Virus record (IMG/VR): IMGVR_UViG_3300023081_000006
Source of the DNA: an uncultured virus (IMG/VR IMGVR_UViG_3300023081_000006)
Taxonomy: Duplodnaviria > Heunggongvirae > Uroviricota > Caudoviricetes
Reading direction: 5' to 3' (one strand)
DNA length: 64,000 nt
Under the pieces are notes generated by a model that saw nothing but the letters and a program-made list of their open reading frames with translations, was not told where the DNA came from and did not search any database. Made by a program: the position numbers and the translations under genes. This document shows positions 27,654-36,518 of this stretch, piece after piece. The number at the start of each line of letters is the position of its first letter. The stretch's first letter is position 1.

Positions 27654-27999
27654 TTGTTACAATGCCGCCGTTCTCATTATCTTCGTAAACTTCTACTTTA
27701 ATTCCACGCTTAGGGTAATTAATTTCAATGTAGTCTAACAAGTCCTCTGCTAACATTTCACAAGACTTGTAATCAATATCCATAGCACCTTCTTCAAATA
27801 AATTTTCGAGCTCACGTTTAAATAAAATAAATTCAACATCACGGTCATCGTGATGTACTTCTAATGTTACATAGAAATGAAACATGTGGCGATGGGGGTA
27901 TTGCAAAAACTCTACCCCTTTAAGTTTTTTTGCTGCTGGGTATTTGTGTATACCCTCTTTTTGAAAACTTACTTTAATATGTCTTTTAGCTACAGGCAT
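27637..27999 (-). CDS. QueD-like T-fold protein, DpdL-like (putative CDG decarboxylase)
   Basis: LQYPHRHMF (LxxxHRHxF), SCEMLA, VYEDNENG; located in the deazaguanine cluster. Confidence 0.65.
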   Translation of the reverse strand: MPVAKRHIKVSFQKEGIHKYPAAKKLKGVEFLQYPHRHMFHFYVTLEVHHDDRDVEFILFKRELENLFEEGAMDIDYKSCEMLAEDLLDYIEINYPKRGIKVEVYEDNENGGIVTNDLFN

Positions 28000-28531
28000 G
28001 AAACCACTCCGGTGTTTGTCTATTAGTCCACACAGCAAACCTAGTTTTGTACTTGTTATAATACTGACGATATGCCGTTACAACATCAGAATGTTTAACG
28101 TCGTCTGGCATAGCCTGTGGTACCTCAGTGCCAGGAATATTAGGAATATTCTCAGGCGGTGTGCTTAGTATATGCTCTAATTTAGTCTGTGTCAAGTGCG
28201 TTCTGCCATATCTGAATGTGTATTCTTTACACAATTCTAACCAAGCATTATAGAGCTCGTTATAGTTTTCTACAGATTCTCGTACCCACTTTGCCGTTGG
28301 ATGATTGATGTGCGATGCCTTATATAAAATATCTTCTAGTTCAGCATCTTTCATACGCCAACGCTTAATGCGTCGATTGTTAGCAGTTTTGTCAATATAC
28401 AACTCACCGTCTAATACACGATGTGCAGTACACATAAGTTGACAATACTCTGTAGGCATCTTAACAGCATGCTTGTCTAAATGATATCTAGCTGCATGCG
28501 TAAGATTGTTTGACAGTTTAAAATAATTCAT
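27986..28531 (-). CDS. Pyrimidine-dimer DNA glycosylase (DenV)-related family protein
   Basis: DKHAVKM, HINHP, EYTFRYG, QAMPD, AYRQYY. Confidence 0.7.
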   Translation of the reverse strand: MNYFKLSNNLTHAARYHLDKHAVKMPTEYCQLMCTAHRVLDGELYIDKTANNRRIKRWRMKDAELEDILYKASHINHPTAKWVRESVENYNELYNAWLELCKEYTFRYGRTHLTQTKLEHILSTPPENIPNIPGTEVPQAMPDDVKHSDVVTAYRQYYNKYKTRFAVWTNRQTPEWFHACS

Positions 28532-28758
28532 GACATTAAGTTATTAAATAGTTCCTCAAACTCTGAGTTCAAAGTAGTTTCTTCAGAAAAGTTTCCTTTG
28601 TGATATGCTCTAGCAATTCTACGTAAAAGTCTACGATCAATGCCTTCCTCATCGTGAATCTTTTTAATAATTTCTCTAACAAGTTCACGCTCTGATTCTG
28701 ATCTAGTCATAGAGTTAGAGATTTCTACGATAGCGTTTCTAATTTTTTGTGCATCCAT
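28528..28758 (-). CDS. T4 DsbA-like dsDNA-binding protein
   Basis: 76 aa helical protein with LRRIARAYHKGNF. Confidence 0.6.
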   Translation of the reverse strand: MDAQKIRNAIVEISNSMTRSESERELVREIIKKIHDEEGIDRRLLRRIARAYHKGNFSEETTLNSEFEELFNNLMS

Positions 28759-30020
28759 TATGTAAATAACTCCTCAAGTGATAGTGGTGCTTCTTCCCTA
28801 ACAGGTGCAGATTTCATACTGCCACCTAGATAAGGATTGTTGTACCAATAGTTAAACGCATCCGGATCTTTAATATCATATAAATTTCTGTATGCGTGTT
28901 CTAGTTTTAACTTACGAGCAAATTTTAACAGTTCGTCAGAATTTGTCAAGATCTTTTCTACGTGTTTGGTAAAATTGTGTATGCTCATTAGAATAAAAGC
29001 AGTTCTAATCTTTAACCATGTATTTAAATCGCTGTTTTCTTCTAACCATGTTGTACTGTTGGTGTTCATAATTTTGTGAAAATCTTTAACAGAAACGCCT
29101 AAATCAATCACTTTATTGACGTCATCGTACATTTCTAGGTAGTAATTTGAGAATTTTCTATTAAACTTAACTGTGGCCTCATTCATATAATAAAGGCCTG
29201 TTTCTACTGCTCTGGAGTGCGTTGTGCTATCATATGATATAACAACGTCCTTATATAAACCGTTTTGTAAAAATATAATATAAGGAAGCAACCTACGTAA
29301 AGCACCCACACCTAGAATGTGAATGTGTAGTTTGCCGTTTTCATCTCTAATTGGAACTTGACTAGCAATAAATGCTCGCTGTATATCTTCTAAATTGCCT
29401 GTACCCAAGGCAGCAGCACCCATGGCGATACCGCCTAGTTTGTTATGTTTCTCTTGTGGTACTTCTTCAAGAATGTAATTTGCCCACTCCATATAGGTAT
29501 CATAACAATTACCTTGTAAAATTACAAATGGTTTACATTTACTGTTAAACTTGTCAAAGATCTCAAATTGTCGTTTGATATTTTTTCCCGTATCTCTTGC
29601 ACATTTCTCATGTGCCTCACGGTTGAAAAACCTCCCTTTAACATCATTCCTATCAGAACGATCACCAACCAATGTAACAGGTATCTCGTCAAAACACATT
29701 CCGACATCAGCCCATTGTGCCTGATTCTCATAGACTTTATCTTTTAATTCGGGTGTTATTGTTTTACCTTGAGTTACTACCTGCAAGCCACCGGAGTCTG
29801 CATGGATAGACTTAATGTTGTCTTTATAGACTTTGAATCTTTCACCAAAACTTGATTCTGTATAAGCATTATACAGCATTGAAAACTCATGGGAGTTATG
29901 ATCTTGTACGGTTTGGGAAAGTAGTTCGTTTACAATTCCTACATTAATATCATCACCTGCAATCTTAGGATTGCTAAGTCTCATATAGGAAGTTCCGGAT
30001 ACTACATACTCTAATTTCAT
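28758..30020 (-). CDS. dpdA: TGT-fold transglycosylase, DpdA-like (deazaguanine DNA insertion)
   Basis: ADSGGLQ, FDEIP, ILQG, HILGVG, SYDSTT align with TGT motifs and both catalytic Asp are present; clustered with folE/queD/queE. Confidence 0.8.
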   Translation of the reverse strand: MKLEYVVSGTSYMRLSNPKIAGDDINVGIVNELLSQTVQDHNSHEFSMLYNAYTESSFGERFKVYKDNIKSIHADSGGLQVVTQGKTITPELKDKVYENQAQWADVGMCFDEIPVTLVGDRSDRNDVKGRFFNREAHEKCARDTGKNIKRQFEIFDKFNSKCKPFVILQGNCYDTYMEWANYILEEVPQEKHNKLGGIAMGAAALGTGNLEDIQRAFIASQVPIRDENGKLHIHILGVGALRRLLPYIIFLQNGLYKDVVISYDSTTHSRAVETGLYYMNEATVKFNRKFSNYYLEMYDDVNKVIDLGVSVKDFHKIMNTNSTTWLEENSDLNTWLKIRTAFILMSIHNFTKHVEKILTNSDELLKFARKLKLEHAYRNLYDIKDPDAFNYWYNNPYLGGSMKSAPVREEAPLSLEELFT

Positions 30021-30556
30021 GATCTCAATATATCTAATAATAATTTAGTTTCTGCAACGGCATCGTGCAGTGCGTTATGGTTAACACCTGTTTTTTCAAG
30101 ACGGCGACCAAGAACATTTGCCATAGTCCTCAAGCAGTAAATGTCCCAGAACATCCACGGATATTTATTAGTTGGAGGACGTTGACTGTTCCAACCTGTG
30201 GCTGTATATGCTGACTCTAAAATAACAACGTCAAAGTTAGCACCAAATCCCCAAATAGGAATAGACGTGTCGCCATAAAATAAAGCAAATTTATCCAAAG
30301 CCTCATCTAATGGCACAGGGTTTTCTTGCCACATCTTTCTGGCTTGAGGTGTCTGCTCTTTCCACCACTCTATTGTATGTGGGTCTACATGTAATCCATA
30401 GTCTTTGCAAGATCCTGGATCTACATTAATAAAAAATTCTTCTGTAATTCCGTCTTGTATTGTAAATGCAACAGCACCGATGCTAACAATACATGCGTTA
30501 GGTTGTGTACTTAGCGTCTCTAAGTCTACAACAATTTGTCTTTTAGAAACGTCCAC
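30017..30556 (-). CDS. DEDDh 3'-5' exonuclease (DexA-like)
   Basis: VDLETLS, GANFD, HNALHDA. Confidence 0.88.
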   Translation of the reverse strand: MDVSKRQIVVDLETLSTQPNACIVSIGAVAFTIQDGITEEFFINVDPGSCKDYGLHVDPHTIEWWKEQTPQARKMWQENPVPLDEALDKFALFYGDTSIPIWGFGANFDVVILESAYTATGWNSQRPPTNKYPWMFWDIYCLRTMANVLGRRLEKTGVNHNALHDAVAETKLLLDILRS

Positions 30557-31238
30557 TACCCAATTCCTGTAATTCTATATTGTGCATAAATTCATTTTTA
30601 AGAGCAGAGTCTGTGCGTAACAAACCTTTTAGAACTGTGGTTTGTGTAGAACTATTAGAAGATCTAATGCCTCTATTTTCACAACAACCATGTCGTGCTC
30701 TAATATAAACACCTACTGCTTTAGACTCAGTTAGCCTTTCAATTTCTTTAGCAATCATTTCGGTAAGTTCTTCTTGTAGGTGTCCGCGAGATGCTAAGTG
30801 TTGTGCTACTCTCGTATATTTAGATAATCCAATAACCTTTTGTCCAGGCATACAAGCAATGTAACAAACACCTTGAACGGGTTGATGATGGTGAGAACAC
30901 ATGCTTTTAATGTCTGATCTAATTACAATTAATTGTTCGTAATTATCTTCATTAGGAAAGGAAGTAACCGCAGGGGGCTTTTCGTATCTACCACCCATAA
31001 TTTCTAGTACATACATTTTTGCTAGACGCCTAGCGGTGTCCCTACTGTTAGGATCATTTTCAGTATCAATAACTAGAGACTCTAGAACACCTTGAAACTT
31101 TCCTTCTAGTTCGTTAATTAGTTGATCGTGCTCCCAGCTCTCAATATGTTGTGAGATGTTATCACACGCAAAGAAACGAACACCTCTTTTCTTAAGGCGT
31201 TCTGCGATTTCCTGACTTACAGGCTTTCTATTTTCCAT
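30543..31238 (-). CDS. folE: GTP cyclohydrolase I
   Basis: SMCSHHH, IGLSK, LQEELT, HGCCENRG. Confidence 0.96.
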   Translation of the reverse strand: MENRKPVSQEIAERLKKRGVRFFACDNISQHIESWEHDQLINELEGKFQGVLESLVIDTENDPNSRDTARRLAKMYVLEIMGGRYEKPPAVTSFPNEDNYEQLIVIRSDIKSMCSHHHQPVQGVCYIACMPGQKVIGLSKYTRVAQHLASRGHLQEELTEMIAKEIERLTESKAVGVYIRARHGCCENRGIRSSNSSTQTTVLKGLLRTDSALKNEFMHNIELQELGSGRF

Positions 31239-31665
31239 TATTTAAATTCTCCCACGGAAATACTATCCAATTTGCGTTATTATATAACGTCATTCCCTCA
31301 ATGTCAAGTGCTATATCTGACCGTTTGTTAAAAATGGTACCGTATTTAGCAAACTTGGTTTGTGATTTCATTTCAGTTATTGTTTTCCCTGTATCTAAAA
31401 TGTCATCAAATATCAATGTGTCTGGTTCATCATTCCTTAATAAGGTACCCAGATCCCGTTGAGATCCGTCCCTTGTTTGCCATATGAATGGTTCGAATGG
31501 CACATTTAGGAAGTGTGAGAGCATTACCCCCGGGACTAATCCTCCTCTTGATACCCCTAAGATTTTGTTTACGGGAAAGTCTAAGTTTTTGCATATTGAC
31601 TCCATTATTAATTCTAAATCCGACCACTGCACAAATAATTGTTTTTTACTATCATCTATCTGCAT
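31228..31665 (-). CDS. Type I phosphoribosyltransferase (Gpt/Xpt-like)
   Basis: GVSRGGLVPG, IFDDILDTGKT (PRPP loop), WIVFPWE. Confidence 0.9.
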   Translation of the reverse strand: MQIDDSKKQLFVQWSDLELIMESICKNLDFPVNKILGVSRGGLVPGVMLSHFLNVPFEPFIWQTRDGSQRDLGTLLRNDEPDTLIFDDILDTGKTITEMKSQTKFAKYGTIFNKRSDIALDIEGMTLYNNANWIVFPWENLNNGK

Positions 31666-32552
31666 CACGTACCTATTTGGTTGCCAAACACATAAGCATG
31701 ATTACGAGTAGCAACCTTGTATCCTCGTTTCATAGCTTCGACACAAATGTCTGCTACTTCTTCTTGTTCTTCTTTTGTAGCACCCACAGGCATAATCCAA
31801 ATATCTGGCATAGTCATTTCTGCAAAAGAACAATACTCTTGAACTTGCCGTACATATTCTTCTAGTTCAAACCAACTTTCTTCTGATCCGTTACAAACAA
31901 ATTTAAGACAACCAGTGCTAACAGTATTAAAAAGGTAAGACATAAAGTTGTCTACATCTACCCTGTCTATTTCGCCTGCGGTATGTAAAGTCTTTGGACT
32001 AATAGCCCAATGCCAACGAATGCCCATTTCAGCTAAGAATATGTTTATATAATCTTGTAAATCTTTGCTTAGTTTTTTTGTGCCGTTTGTTTCTACTGTA
32101 ATGATCTTAGGAACATTTCCTCGAATAAGAAACTCATTAACAATGGCTTTCATTTGCCTTTGTTGTAGCATAGGCTCACCACCAGTAAAGGCAAGCATAT
32201 TTTCTTGTTTTGTTATAGGATGTGTAAACTTACCGTAAGGTAAAAGTTCTTCTAATTTATTACAAGCTTCTTCTGGGTTTGTATCTTGTGCGAGATGTTT
32301 ATACTTCATAGACCAAGAATAGGAAGAGTCGCAACCATACTCCCACACAGGAAGGTCTTCTACACGCTTAACATCTATTAAGTCATAATCTTTATAGGGA
32401 AGTTTCCATGTGCTTGGATCTGAGGGAGTAGCTTGTCCAAAACCATTACACTCTAAGTTACAACCAAAAAATCTAATCCAAACAGTTGGAGTTCCTGCGA
32501 GCTCTGCCTCACCTTGGAACGAATAGAACATTTCTGAATAACGAACTTTCAT
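31665..32552 (-). CDS. queE: 7-carboxy-7-deazaguanine synthase (radical SAM)
   Basis: EMFYSFQGE, RFFGCNLEC...GCDS, TGGEP, ETNGT, SPK, MPVG. Confidence 0.92.
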   Translation of the reverse strand: MKVRYSEMFYSFQGEAELAGTPTVWIRFFGCNLECNGFGQATPSDPSTWKLPYKDYDLIDVKRVEDLPVWEYGCDSSYSWSMKYKHLAQDTNPEEACNKLEELLPYGKFTHPITKQENMLAFTGGEPMLQQRQMKAIVNEFLIRGNVPKIITVETNGTKKLSKDLQDYINIFLAEMGIRWHWAISPKTLHTAGEIDRVDVDNFMSYLFNTVSTGCLKFVCNGSEESWFELEEYVRQVQEYCSFAEMTMPDIWIMPVGATKEEQEEVADICVEAMKRGYKVATRNHAYVFGNQIGT

Positions 32553-32586
32553 GATATACCTGTGTTAAATAAAACGAATTATATTA

Positions 32587-33174
32587 TTATTTAGAAGAAA
32601 TGTCAAGCTCTTCTGTGTTTGAATCTGACCTTTTATCTAAATACTTTGGTCTTCGTTTAATAACCTTTTTCTTGGACTGTTCTTCTTTATGCTTGGCTTC
32701 TTCTCTAGCATTGTTGTCCAATTGTTCTTGCATCCACTTTAGATATTCATTTGTTTGCGGGTCGTTGTCACCAACCTCATCCATTAAACTTTGTATATCT
32801 ATACTCTGAAGATACTTAATCTTTTTGTTAATCATGTCTTTCTCTTTCTGTATTCTGCGCAAGAAAGCATAATAGGTTATTTGTGTGAAGTATGCGAATG
32901 GGTTTTTAGATTTTTCTGGATCAAAGTTATCAATATATGTTAAACAGTTTTCAATGCCGTCCAACACCATTTCATCTCTAAAAGTATAATTGATAAAATT
33001 AGATTTCATAGATAAGTGATTTGCAATCTTAATAAAGCACTCACCTAAATAGTCCGTTACAGGTGGTTTGTCCCGCCCTTCTTCCTGGGCAGCTAAAACA
33101 CTCTTCTTATACTCTGATATTTTTTGATAGAACTCTTTGTTGTCAACATAGTGAGCTCTTACGTTTTCTTTCAT
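32587..33174 (-). CDS. gp55: Late transcription sigma factor
   Basis: HYVDNKEF, NFINYTFRDEM, NPFAYFTQI, AFLRRIQKEK; SD GGAG before ATG 33174. Confidence 0.97.
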   Translation of the reverse strand: MKENVRAHYVDNKEFYQKISEYKKSVLAAQEEGRDKPPVTDYLGECFIKIANHLSMKSNFINYTFRDEMVLDGIENCLTYIDNFDPEKSKNPFAYFTQITYYAFLRRIQKEKDMINKKIKYLQSIDIQSLMDEVGDNDPQTNEYLKWMQEQLDNNAREEAKHKEEQSKKKVIKRRPKYLDKRSDSNTEELDISSK

Positions 33175-33200
33175 TTTGGTCTCCATTATAAAAATTTTTC

Positions 33201-33229
33201 TTGACAAGCGTAACGCTTAGTCGTATAAT
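33201..33229 (+). promoter_or_regulatory. Perfect sigma70 promoter on the antisense strand
   Basis: TTGACA(33201)-17 bp-TATAAT(33224) with an AT-rich UP element; no plausible plus-strand CDS downstream. Confidence 0.75.
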
Positions 33230-33271
33230 TCGCTATGTAGCGACAAAAGGATAATACACTTTAGTAATTAT

Positions 33272-33697
33272 TTAATGTACTGTCTTTTTAACATTGTTCA
33301 TAGCATCAATCATTTTATTTAATGCTTCCTCTTCCTCAGCGGAAACATAATCATCTTCAAATATTCCTTCATCTTCAACAAATGATCCTGTATACTCTAC
33401 ACTCTGTTTGTATACGGTGTCAACCAATTGTTTATATGAACGGTAAAACCTTTCTGATAAGGGATATGTTGTTATAACATTTATATCGTCAAAAGTTACT
33501 TGAATAGAATCCGTCATAGTCAAATAAGGTCTAATATGATTTATTTCTCCCAACCCTCTAGGGCCTGGTGCTGGCATTGACAAATACTCCAAAGGATACA
33601 AAACTGTAATTCCTTCTTGGGTTCTGTCTGTATAGCCTATAATATTTTGTCCACCTAACAGGCGAACAACTAATATTTGGCTTTCCTCATTTAACAT
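33272..33697 (-). CDS. Conserved hypothetical protein between uvsW and gp55
   Basis: VVRLLGGQNIIG Sm-like start; ends KKTVH; synteny. Confidence 0.7.
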   Translation of the reverse strand: MLNEESQILVVRLLGGQNIIGYTDRTQEGITVLYPLEYLSMPAPGPRGLGEINHIRPYLTMTDSIQVTFDDINVITTYPLSERFYRSYKQLVDTVYKQSVEYTGSFVEDEGIFEDDYVSAEEEEALNKMIDAMNNVKKTVH

Positions 33698-35165
33698 CTA
33701 TCTTTACCAACTTATAGTTAAACTTTTCTTCATTATATATTTTGATCCTTTCTATCATATGTAGAAGTGTATAATTCTTCTTAGACTTCCAGGATAAGTC
33801 GTCTCCTATATCAAACAGATTACAAGAAACTTTATTATCACCCTTTCTCAAACCCCTTCCTATTGACTGTAAGTTCCTAATTCTAGACTTACTAGGAGAA
33901 GCAAAAACAATATTATGTAAGTTCCTTATATTTATACCCGTTGAAAATGTGCCGTATGATGCGATGATAATTGCATCTGATTCTTTTTCTGTAATAGAAC
34001 GAATCTGTTCTCTAGTTTCTGTATCTGTACCACCGAATACAAAAAAGACCTTCCTGCCATCATTTACCTTTTCTTTGATCATCTCATAAAGGACTTTACC
34101 ATGCTTCTCTACATATTGAAAAAGTACAAGGGTATTTCCTTTTTGTGTTATAGATAAGTTTCTAATAATTACATTACGACTATGATTTGTAACAAGCCAA
34201 TCCATCTCTTCTTGATAGTTCATTTTTTTAACTAACTGACGATCAGAATCTTTATACTCTAAAATCATTCCTATAATTTTTAAATCGGCAACCTGGTTTT
34301 CATCCATAAGTTTTTTAGTGGTTGTAACCTTGTATACAGATCCGAAGATGCCTTCTAAAACCAACTTATGTGTTTTAGTGCCATCCAAAGTTCCAGTAGT
34401 TCCTATTCTATAAGGAGTATTAGAGCATTTGTCAAGGATTGTAGTTAATGATTTTGCTTTAAACTGATGTGCTTCGTCGCCATAGACAACATCAAACTTT
34501 TCAAACCAGGACTTTGGAAACTTATAGATTGATTGCCAGGTTGAAATTGTGATAGGAAACTCGTTGGACTTTTCTTTGCCACCGTAAATCCTATGACAGT
34601 TTTCAGAGACCTTCCAATCAACTGCTGTAGCATAGTCTTGAAAGTCTCCGTACATCTGTTCTACCAACGAAGTGGTTGGTACTATGATTAATTGTTTTCT
34701 TCCTAGCTGTTGATGATAACGAACCAGGGAATATATAATGAGAGACTTGCCTGAAGCAGTGGGAGACAATAGGAGACTCCTACCTCTATTAATTGCTTCT
34801 GTGATTCCGTCAACTTGATAGTCTCTAACTTCAATATCTTTTCCATTGCTTTGTAGTTTTAACTCCTTTGTAAAGGTTTCAACGTAAGTCTTTGATACGG
34901 GATCGCCAATATCTTTGACATCTAAATTTAAATCGTACTCCAGTGTGTTGGCAAACTCTTGCAAATACGGCAAAAGCCCAACATATAATTCTTTTCTGTA
35001 TATGTTAAATAATCTAGCTTTACCGTCCCACATACGATTACGGTAAAGAGGCATAAAACGAGCACCTGGAACATCAAACGTAAAATAGTCGTTGAGTTCT
35101 TGAGCGATACCTGGATCAGTATCGACTAATAAATGTACTTCGTTTTTCTTTGTGACTTTGATCAT
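33687..35165 (-). CDS. uvsW: SF2 helicase UvsW
   Basis: SPTASGKS, GDEAH, TTGT, QSIGRGLR. Confidence 0.97.
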   Translation of the reverse strand: MIKVTKKNEVHLLVDTDPGIAQELNDYFTFDVPGARFMPLYRNRMWDGKARLFNIYRKELYVGLLPYLQEFANTLEYDLNLDVKDIGDPVSKTYVETFTKELKLQSNGKDIEVRDYQVDGITEAINRGRSLLLSPTASGKSLIIYSLVRYHQQLGRKQLIIVPTTSLVEQMYGDFQDYATAVDWKVSENCHRIYGGKEKSNEFPITISTWQSIYKFPKSWFEKFDVVYGDEAHQFKAKSLTTILDKCSNTPYRIGTTGTLDGTKTHKLVLEGIFGSVYKVTTTKKLMDENQVADLKIIGMILEYKDSDRQLVKKMNYQEEMDWLVTNHSRNVIIRNLSITQKGNTLVLFQYVEKHGKVLYEMIKEKVNDGRKVFFVFGGTDTETREQIRSITEKESDAIIIASYGTFSTGINIRNLHNIVFASPSKSRIRNLQSIGRGLRKGDNKVSCNLFDIGDDLSWKSKKNYTLLHMIERIKIYNEEKFNYKLVKIDVK

Positions 35166-35602
35166 AACAAACCGTTCGTGAACTTAGTCCACTCTACTGC
35201 ATTCTTGATATCCCATGTACGACTGTTCAGGGATCTCATGACAGTTTCAACAAATTGGAAACATGTTTTAGCATACTCTAACCTGTCTGCAAGTTTTATA
35301 ATATCTGCATCGCTATCTAAAAACTCTTGCATTTCATTTTTAAGTGGCTGGTTTCCCAAATACTGATCCCAACCAAGAGCCTCTAACTCTTCTCTACTGA
35401 GTTCACCTCTGTAGTATTTCCACTTTGTCCTACGTAAAGCAAGCATCTGAGATTCATACTTACGAACCATAAGTCTATAGTTAGACAAATGATTTAAATA
35501 TTTAGAATGTAACTCTGCTGTACGAACTGACTCTGAGCCTAAATTAAGCTCATCTATTTTACAATCCTGTTGCCACATATTCTGTATTTCATCAAGTCGC
35601 AT
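35162..35602 (-). CDS. uvsY: Recombination mediator UvsY
   Basis: LHSKYL, YYRG, DIKNAVEW; synteny. Confidence 0.9.
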   Translation of the reverse strand: MRLDEIQNMWQQDCKIDELNLGSESVRTAELHSKYLNHLSNYRLMVRKYESQMLALRRTKWKYYRGELSREELEALGWDQYLGNQPLKNEMQEFLDSDADIIKLADRLEYAKTCFQFVETVMRSLNSRTWDIKNAVEWTKFTNGLL

Positions 35603-35631
35603 AATATACTCCTAGGTGCTATATATAAGAC

Positions 35632-35659
35632 ATTATACACGAAACGGTAAAGATGTCAA
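35632..35659 (-). promoter_or_regulatory. Sigma70-type promoter for uvsY-uvsW-gp55
   Basis: TTGACA-16 bp-TATAAT. Confidence 0.8.
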
Positions 35660-35675
35660 CGGTTAAGAATACCGT

Positions 35676-36260
35676 TTATATTTCTGCACTGATAATGTAT
35701 TGTCTATACCTAAATGTAGCTAGTCCTTGGAAATACTCTGTATTACCTGAGGATATATCAAAGTCTAACCCACTTAAAGCAATAGGGAAAGCATCTTCAA
35801 ATATAATTCTAGCGATTGGGTTATTATTAGAGTCCAAAACGAATAATGTGGCATCGCTTTTTTCTCCTAAATTGCCCTGTCTATGTTGCTTAAGATCAGG
35901 GAACCTGTAAGCCTGTTTTTGGGCATACTCTTTATACTCATCATGGTCTTCTGGGAAACCCAAACCCCTAAGCCAATTATAGAGTTCAGTATAGTTTAAA
36001 AGGTTCTCCTGTATTAGGAACCTAATTTGTAGCTCGCCAAACTGTAACTTATCGCCCGGTTCAGCATAGTCCACTAAGGGTGTTGCTACAATAGGAGTAC
36101 CCATTGAAACATCCGGTATGTTTGCAGACTGACAAAAGAAAGACACGTTTGGAATATTGTGAACTAAAAACTTAAATCCGTTTGGCCTTAAATAATCTAA
36201 CTCACTTGGATTGCTAGCTTCAAAACTTGCCTCTGTTATGTTTATCAGTTTGTCTACCAC
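35676..36260 (-). CDS. gp3: Tail completion/tube terminator protein
   Basis: FFCQSANIP, PGDKL, NYTELYNW, AFPIALSG; synteny. Confidence 0.88.
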   Translation of the reverse strand: MVDKLINITEASFEASNPSELDYLRPNGFKFLVHNIPNVSFFCQSANIPDVSMGTPIVATPLVDYAEPGDKLQFGELQIRFLIQENLLNYTELYNWLRGLGFPEDHDEYKEYAQKQAYRFPDLKQHRQGNLGEKSDATLFVLDSNNNPIARIIFEDAFPIALSGLDFDISSGNTEYFQGLATFRYRQYIISAEI

Positions 36261-36421
36261 TACCTACCTTGCCCTCTATACTTTTTATATGAACGTTTTT
36301 TATGCTTGTTCATATGAGACATTGAGCACTTTACGCTCCTGCCTCTGCCACCTACACCTTGCGAGGTAGCTTTTTTAACGTGGTTAATCACTGCTTTACC
36401 ACTGTTCCATTGTTTAGCCAT
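36260..36421 (-). CDS. 53 aa basic late peptide
   Basis: Manual translation MAKQWNSGKAVINHVKKATSQGVGGRGRSVKCSMSHMNKHKKRSYKKYRGQGR; SD AAGGAG; late promoter; stop overlaps the gp3 GTG. Confidence 0.75.
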   Translation of the reverse strand: MAKQWNSGKAVINHVKKATSQGVGGRGRSVKCSMSHMNKHKKRSYKKYRGQGR

Positions 36422-36444
36422 AATATTACTCCTTTAACTAACGT

Positions 36445-36452
36445 TATTTATA
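36445..36452 (-). promoter_or_regulatory. Late promoter TATAAATA
   Basis: Exact consensus, intergenic. Confidence 0.8.
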
Positions 36453-36456
36453 AAAC

Positions 36457-36505
36457 AAAAAAAGAGGGGCTAATGCCCCCCTTCAAAAATGTTCCCTAGG
36501 GGAAT
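36457..36505 (-). terminator. Rho-independent terminator after gp23 (two hairpins)
   Basis: TTCCC-CTA-GGGAA hairpin, then GGGGC-ATTA-GCCCC followed by a long U-run. Confidence 0.85.
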
Positions 36506-36518
36506 CTTTTTATTTTTA

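Noticed and set aside
28758..30020. Ordinary tRNA-guanine transglycosylase for queuosine synthesis
   Set aside because: Highly divergent, lacks the CxCxxC zinc site, no queC/queF/queA in the window, and it sits in a DNA-metabolism locus; a DNA target is more likely but unproven.
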